DNA of 64,000 bases from Gemmatimonadota bacterium (GTDB taxonomy: Bacteria > Gemmatimonadota > Gemmatimonadetes > Palauibacterales > Palauibacteraceae). Both the position numbers and the translations under genes were made by a program. Positions 58,900 through 64,000 of the stretch are shown one piece after another. Numbering within the stretch: the first letter of the stretch is position 1; every line of letters begins with the position of its first letter. Below the pieces are notes generated by a model. That model made no database searches and had not been told where the DNA came from. It saw only the letters and a list, made by a program, of their open reading frames with translations. The stretch spans positions 9,020 through 73,019 of the forward strand of contig JBDHBD010000006.1 in NCBI GenBank assembly GCA_039587755.1, read 5' to 3'.

Positions 58900-59580
58900 C
58901 TACCAGCGCCAACCCTCCCGATAAGCCGGCCGGATGTACTCGTCGGGAATCGTGGGGCTGACTACCACCCCGGTGGCCGAATCGAGCTCCAGCGTCCGGC
59001 CCGTCCGCACAGCCAGGTTGCCCAGCAGCACCATCTCGGTCAGTGGCCCCGCGTGTCCTGCGAAGTCGGAGCCTGCCGGCGGGCCTCCCCTGCAAGCCTC
59101 GATGAACTCGTCGTACACGCCGTCCGTCCGCGGATACGTCTCGGCCGGCGGATCGGCCAGCAACGCGGCGTGGCGCTCCGGATCCAGCACACGCGGTTTC
59201 TCTCCGTAGATGCTGGCGAACAGCAGCCCGTCGTCGCCCACCCACAGCTGGCCGCTGTCGTCGATCGGCCAACGAACATCGTCCGCCAGCGACTCGGGTT
59301 TGGTCGGTGCGAGGTTGCCGTCCCGCCACACGACCTTGACCGCGGGCCGCGGGCCCCTTGCATCGAAGTGGTACACGATGCGGGAAGCGGCGGGTGCCGA
59401 CTCGGGATACGGTGTAGTCGATTCGGGCTCGATGCGGGTCGGAAATCCGAGATCCAGCGTCCAGAAGGCAGCATCCATGGCGTGGCAGGCGATGTCGCCC
59501 AGCGCGCCGAGTCCGGCCGTCGCGGCGCTGCCCACGAACGTTCGTCGCGTCAGCTTCTTATCTGGCTTCCCACGGGACAT
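58900..59580 (-). pseudogene. Gfo/Idh/MocA oxidoreductase with in-frame deletion of the NAD-binding domain
   Basis: Tat leader (TRRTFV..AATAGL) fused directly to GALGDIACHAMD..WTLDLG..P and the C-terminal ending YREGW; no Rossmann fold in 226 aa. Confidence 0.75.
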
Positions 59581-59601
59581 CCTGCACTCCTCGTTTGGGG
59601 G

Positions 59602-60291
59602 CTAGGGCAGCCCCAGCCTCTCCAACACCTCCGGCGGCGGCCCGTCGAACCTGTCGAGGGCGATATTACCGATGTACTGCAGATCGGCCATCCCCTCTTC
59701 GGTCGTGTAGAATGCCGTCGCCGTCAGATCGCGCATCTTGTCGAAGAATCGGGCCGCCGACCTGTACTCGGCGGCGGCGTCCGGCACGTAATGGATGTCG
59801 GCACAGATTTCGTACCGCTGTGTCGCGTCCAGGAGGGCGAACTCGCTTCCAAAGCGACGCACCGACTCGACGTTCAACCAGGCGAGCCCGCCCCGGATCA
59901 CGACTCTGTCGTTCTGATTCGCCTCGTAGGGCGCGCTCACCCATTCGTCGATGAACTCGTGCGCGCCCACGGCGGAGGCGCTCGGAGAATGATCGTCGGC
60001 AGGTATGATCACGTCGCACAGGGCGGCGGCCGTCCGCATCTCCTCCTCGGTGAGCGTCCCGCCCCACGGCTTGACGGGGTTGATCAGATCTGGATCGGTG
60101 GACGTGCCGGCGGGGCCGCCGGCAGGCGCTGCCCGGTCCCCATCCGGTCGCGATCCGGACCGCTCGGCCTCATCGCCCGGTCGGCAGGACAGTGCAGGGA
60201 GCGTGGCCGCTGCGCCGGCACCCGCTGCCAGCACCTGGAGCGCCCTCCGGCGGCTGATGGTCGATCGCGTCCGCTCATCGGGGTCCGTCAT
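59602..60291 (-). CDS. Gluconate 2-dehydrogenase subunit 3 family protein (Tat)
   Basis: SRRRAL; L.D.IIP....PSA, FID.W, FF..MR.LT..AFYTT.EG..DL.Y.GN. Confidence 0.85.
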   Translation of the reverse strand: MTDPDERTRSTISRRRALQVLAAGAGAAATLPALSCRPGDEAERSGSRPDGDRAAPAGGPAGTSTDPDLINPVKPWGGTLTEEEMRTAAALCDVIIPADDHSPSASAVGAHEFIDEWVSAPYEANQNDRVVIRGGLAWLNVESVRRFGSEFALLDATQRYEICADIHYVPDAAAEYRSAARFFDKMRDLTATAFYTTEEGMADLQYIGNIALDRFDGPPPEVLERLGLP

Positions 60292-62135
60292 CACAGGCTC
60301 CCGTTCCCGAGCTGCGCGATCAGGTAATTGCTCGACCGCCAGGCAAGCGCCATCAGCGTATGCGTGCAGTTCTTGTCGGGGTTCGTGACGAAGGGGCCGC
60401 CGTCCATCACGAAAAGGCTCGGGACCTCCCATGCCTGGCACCACTTGTTCAGCACGGAGTCGGTGGGCCGGCTGCCCATCCGCACGCCGCCGACCTCGTG
60501 GATGATCTGTCCCGGGCTGGCGATCGCCTTCGCCCCATCCTCCTGCACGGTGCTCAGGACCCGTCCACCCATCTCCTCGACGATCGTGGCGAAGGTCCGC
60601 TGCATGTGGGCTGCCATCTTCAGCTCGTGATCCGACCACTTCCAGTGGAAGCGCAGCACGGGGATCCCCCACTCGTCGACCACGTCCGGGTCGATCTCAC
60701 AGTAGCAATCCTCATTGGGGATCATCTCGCCCCGTCCGTCGAACCACATGAACGAGCCGTAATAGCGGCGGCAGTCCTCCTTGAACTGCTTCCCGTAGGA
60801 GCCGCCAGTGAGAGGTTCGAGACCGCCGAACGCACCAAAGCCCGGCATCATCCGTCCGCCACCGAACTCGATGTGATAGCCGCGCGGGAAGCCGAGTCGG
60901 CCGCGCGCCTGGGCCCCGTACTGCCACCACGGGATGTACGCGTGGATCATGGTGGCGCCTTCCTCGTTGTGCGGAGGAAGGTTCTCGAGGGCGGGGATCT
61001 GGGCGGACAGTCCGGCGCCCACCGTGTCCATGATGTACTTGCCGACCAGACCGCTGCTGTTGGCCAACCCGTCGGGGAAAAGCGCGCTCTTCGAGTTCAG
61101 GAGGATGCGAGCCGACTCGCACGCACTGGCCGCCAGCACGACAACGCGTGCCGCGGCGTGCCGGTCCGTACGCGTCTTCTTGTCGATGTAATGGACCCCC
61201 GTCGCGCGTCCCGAGCCATCGACCGCCACTTCCCTCACCATCGCGTCCGTGATGACGTCGAGATTTCCGGTCGCGACGGCAGGGAGCAGGTGCACCGTCG
61301 GCGACTGGTACGCTGCCTTGATCGAGCAGCCGCGGCCGCAGTGCGTGGCCCACAGACACGGTGCGCGCGAACGCATGGACTCGGCCGTGACCCGCTGCGC
61401 GGCCGCGTTGCCCGGGAAGAGCATGGCCGGTACCCGCTCGTGGTCCAACGGCTGCGAGAGCACCGCGATGTGCGCCGGAATCACCGGCATGCCGAGCGGC
61501 TGACACGCCTTTCGGGTGAGCTGCTCGTAGGCCCGCATCTTGGGCGGTGGCAGCAGGATTCCCGGCGAGGAGTCGGGAGTGTTCTCAAGCCCCTCGTTCG
61601 TCCCGAATACGCCGATGAACGCCTCCGTCTTGTCGTAGTACGGGGCGAGGTCTTCGTAGTCGATCGGCCAGTCGGCTCCCAGCCCGTCCCGGCTGTGGGA
61701 CTGGAAGTCGTACGGGCCCGCGCGGAGAGTGACACGGCCGTAGTGGTTCGTGCGGCCGCCCAGCATGCGGGAGCGCCACCACATGAAGTTCACGCCCTCG
61801 GCGCTGGTATATGGCTCTCCAGGGACCTGCCAGCCGCCGTCGACAGTCGCATCGTAGAAGCCGAACGGCTTGTCGGGCGTGCCGGCTCCCCGCAGAGGTG
61901 CGTCCCTGGGGAGATCGAACATGGGGGTCTCGGCGACGGGGTCGTACCAGCGACCCGCCTCGAGCATCAGCACCTTCACACCGTGAGCCGCGAGCACGAA
62001 GCCAGCCGTGCCACCGCCGGCGCCCGATCCGACGACGATGACATCGTACTCCTCTCGCGACTCGCGACCTCTGCTGAGACCGATCGGAGGCCTCCCTGGC
62101 AGGAGTGACGAAGGTACCCTCGACTGCAACCACAC
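60291..62135 (-). CDS. GMC family flavoprotein oxidoreductase (glycoside 3-dehydrogenase-like)
   Basis: IVVGSGAGGG, LGGRTNHYGR, DWPI.Y, C..GC, LLNS, IIHEVGG.RM, NPDKNCT. Start approximate. Confidence 0.9.
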   Translation of the reverse strand: MWLQSRVPSSLLPGRPPIGLSRGRESREEYDVIVVGSGAGGGTAGFVLAAHGVKVLMLEAGRWYDPVAETPMFDLPRDAPLRGAGTPDKPFGFYDATVDGGWQVPGEPYTSAEGVNFMWWRSRMLGGRTNHYGRVTLRAGPYDFQSHSRDGLGADWPIDYEDLAPYYDKTEAFIGVFGTNEGLENTPDSSPGILLPPPKMRAYEQLTRKACQPLGMPVIPAHIAVLSQPLDHERVPAMLFPGNAAAQRVTAESMRSRAPCLWATHCGRGCSIKAAYQSPTVHLLPAVATGNLDVITDAMVREVAVDGSGRATGVHYIDKKTRTDRHAAARVVVLAASACESARILLNSKSALFPDGLANSSGLVGKYIMDTVGAGLSAQIPALENLPPHNEEGATMIHAYIPWWQYGAQARGRLGFPRGYHIEFGGGRMMPGFGAFGGLEPLTGGSYGKQFKEDCRRYYGSFMWFDGRGEMIPNEDCYCEIDPDVVDEWGIPVLRFHWKWSDHELKMAAHMQRTFATIVEEMGGRVLSTVQEDGAKAIASPGQIIHEVGGVRMGSRPTDSVLNKWCQAWEVPSLFVMDGGPFVTNPDKNCTHTLMALAWRSSNYLIAQLGNGSL

Positions 62136-62200
62136 GACGAGCTACCCGTATGGTAGAAGAGCGACACGAAGACCCGCAACGAAGAGACCGGAGGACTCCC

Positions 62201-64000
62201 GTGAAATGCGCAGCGACGGCATCCCGCTCGAACTCGCTCTGGCTGCTCCCCCTCGTCCTGCTCGTCGGCTGCCAGGCCGTCGATCGTACCCAGGAGGAGC
62301 CGCCCGTCGCCTTCGAGCAGTACACGATCGATCAGTTCCTCGAGACGACCTCCGTGTTCGGCGGCTCGTTCTCGCCAGATGAGAGCAAGGTCCTGGTCAG
62401 CTCCAACGAGACCGGGATCTTCAACGCATACGCGGTTCCCGTGGACGGGAGCGACCCCGTGCAGCTCACCACCTCGACGACTGAGTCGATTCGCGTCGCG
62501 GGCTACTTTCCCGACGATGAGCGTTTCGCGTACATGGCTGACGAGGGCGGGAACGAGCTCGACCACGTGTACGTGCGCGAGCTGGACGGCTTGGTAACCG
62601 ACATCACGCCGGGCGAGGGTTTGAAAGCGATCTTCATGGGTTGGGCGGACGACGACGAGAGCTTCTTCGTCGGCTCGAACGAGCGCGATAACCGCTTCTT
62701 CGACATCTACGAGGTGACGGTCGACGGCTACGAGCAAAGCCTCGTCTACCAGGACGACACCGGATACCAGTTCGGCGGCATGTCGCGTGACGAGCGCTAC
62801 CTGGTGTTTACGAAGCCGCGCACGACCAGCGATAGCGACATCTATTTGTACGACCGCGAGACGCAAGAGATGCGGCACCTCACCCCACACGAGGGCGACG
62901 TCTCCAACAGCCCGCAGGACTTCAGCCCCGACGGGACCAGCCTCTTCTACACTACGGACGAGGGTGGCGAGTTCTCGTACCTAGCGAAGATGGATCTGGC
63001 CACGGGCGAGTCGGAGCCGGTGCTCCAGCCGAATTGGGACGTGTGGTACGCCTACTTCTCCGACAGCGGCGATCACCTGGTCGTGGGGATCAACGAAAAC
63101 GCCCGCACGAACATCCGTATGTTCGCGATGCCCGGCATGGAGGATGTGGAGCTGCCGGAGACGTCGCTCGACATCACGTCCGTCTCTCTCGCACCCAGTG
63201 AGACCCGGATGGTCTTCTATGCCAGCTCCGGACGCTCACCCAGCAACCTCTACGTGCGGGAGTTCCCGGACGGCGAGCCGACCCGCCTCACGAACACGCT
63301 GAACCAGGAGATCGAGCCAGCCAATCTGGTAGAGCCGGAGGTGGTGCGGTTCGCCTCGTACGACGGGGTGGAGATCCCGGGCCTGCTCTACAAGCCAGTA
63401 CAGGCGAGCGCCGACAACCCGGTGCCGGCGGTCGTGTCGGTGCACGGGGGGCCCGGCGGCCAATCGCGCGTCGGCTATTCCGGTCTGACCCAGTACCTGG
63501 TGAACCACGGCTATGCCGTGTACGCGATCAACAACCGCGGCAGCACGGGATACGGCAAGACTTTTTTCAAGATGGACGATCGGAAGCACGGCGATGCGGA
63601 CCTGGATGACTGCGTGGCCAGCAAGGACATGCTGATCGATACCGGCTGGATCGATCCGGACCGCATCGGGATCATGGGAGGCAGCTACGGGGGCTACATG
63701 GTGCTGGCGGCCCTCACCTTCCGCCCCGAGGAGTTCGCGGCAGGCGTGGACATCTTCGGCATCTCGAACTGGCACCGCACCGTCACCAACATCCCACCGT
63801 GGTGGGAGTCGTTCCGCGATGCGCTGGAGCAGGAATTGGGCGGCTTTGACGACGAGGAATTCTTCAAGGCGAAGTCGCCCCTGTTCCACGCCGAGAACAT
63901 CGTGCGGCCCCTCATGGTGCTCCAGGGCGCGAACGACCCGCGCGTCCTCAAGGTCGAGTCCGACGAGATAGTGGAGGCCGTGCGGGCGAACGGGGTCCCG
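62201..64000 (+). CDS. S9 family (prolyl oligopeptidase-like) peptidase, lipoprotein; 3' end runs off the window
   Basis: Manual translation from GTG 62201 after GGAGG: LVGC lipobox, FSPD propeller repeats, VHGGPG, NNRGSTGYG, GIMGGSYGG, QGANDPRV. Confidence 0.92.
   Translation, partial: MKCAATASRSNSLWLLPLVLLVGCQAVDRTQEEPPVAFEQYTIDQFLETTSVFGGSFSPDESKVLVSSNETGIFNAYAVPVDGSDPVQLTTSTTESIRVAGYFPDDERFAYMADEGGNELDHVYVRELDGLVTDITPGEGLKAIFMGWADDDESFFVGSNERDNRFFDIYEVTVDGYEQSLVYQDDTGYQFGGMSRDERYLVFTKPRTTSDSDIYLYDRETQEMRHLTPHEGDVSNSPQDFSPDGTSLFYTTDEGGEFSYLAKMDLATGESEPVLQPNWDVWYAYFSDSGDHLVVGINENARTNIRMFAMPGMEDVELPETSLDITSVSLAPSETRMVFYASSGRSPSNLYVREFPDGEPTRLTNTLNQEIEPANLVEPEVVRFASYDGVEIPGLLYKPVQASADNPVPAVVSVHGGPGGQSRVGYSGLTQYLVNHGYAVYAINNRGSTGYGKTFFKMDDRKHGDADLDDCVASKDMLIDTGWIDPDRIGIMGGSYGGYMVLAALTFRPEEFAAGVDIFGISNWHRTVTNIPPWWESFRDALEQELGGFDDEEFFKAKSPLFHAENIVRPLMVLQGANDPRVLKVESDEIVEAVRANGVP

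Noticed and set aside
1-64000. CRISPR array, tRNA/rRNA, IS or prophage
   Set aside because: No spaced direct repeats, RNA-gene signatures or transposase/integrase motifs seen by eye; a short structured RNA could have been missed.

Overview
High-GC bacterial DNA. The two PknB-type kinases, the many Tat/lipoprotein enzymes and the S9 peptidase suggest Gemmatimonadota or a similar lineage (inference). I count about 55 protein genes and saw no rRNA, tRNA, CRISPR array or transposase. 1-20.7 kb: mixed accessory genes (two Ser/Thr kinases, a GT-C enzyme, a secreted kinase-like protein, an esterase, a GH43 pseudogene, a Tat-exported alpha-hydroxy-acid dehydrogenase with a CxxCH insert, a B12 radical SAM, a beta-barrel/lipoprotein pair, serine hydrolases, small secreted proteins). 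20.9-45.6 kb: a 20-gene glyco-modification island with 8 glycosyltransferase-like genes, a heparinase II/III-like protein, WecB, an Asn-synthetase-like ligase, a nucleotidyltransferase and an ABC exporter. It also holds a coupled (alpha/alpha)-barrel/AAC(3)/ACP/AMP-ligase cassette and an APH-kinase/HPr-kinase-like/ICL-family cassette, and has no visible flippase, polymerase or priming transferase. This island is the best candidate for an undescribed system. 45.7-52.3 kb: miscellaneous enzymes. 52.5-62.1 kb: a sugar uptake/salvage locus (GH109, GalK, SSS, NTP transferase, GMC + G2DH subunit, internally deleted Gfo/Idh/MocA, rhodanese). 62.2-64 kb: partial S9 peptidase. All calls come from motif recognition by eye; no searches were run and several start codons are approximate.
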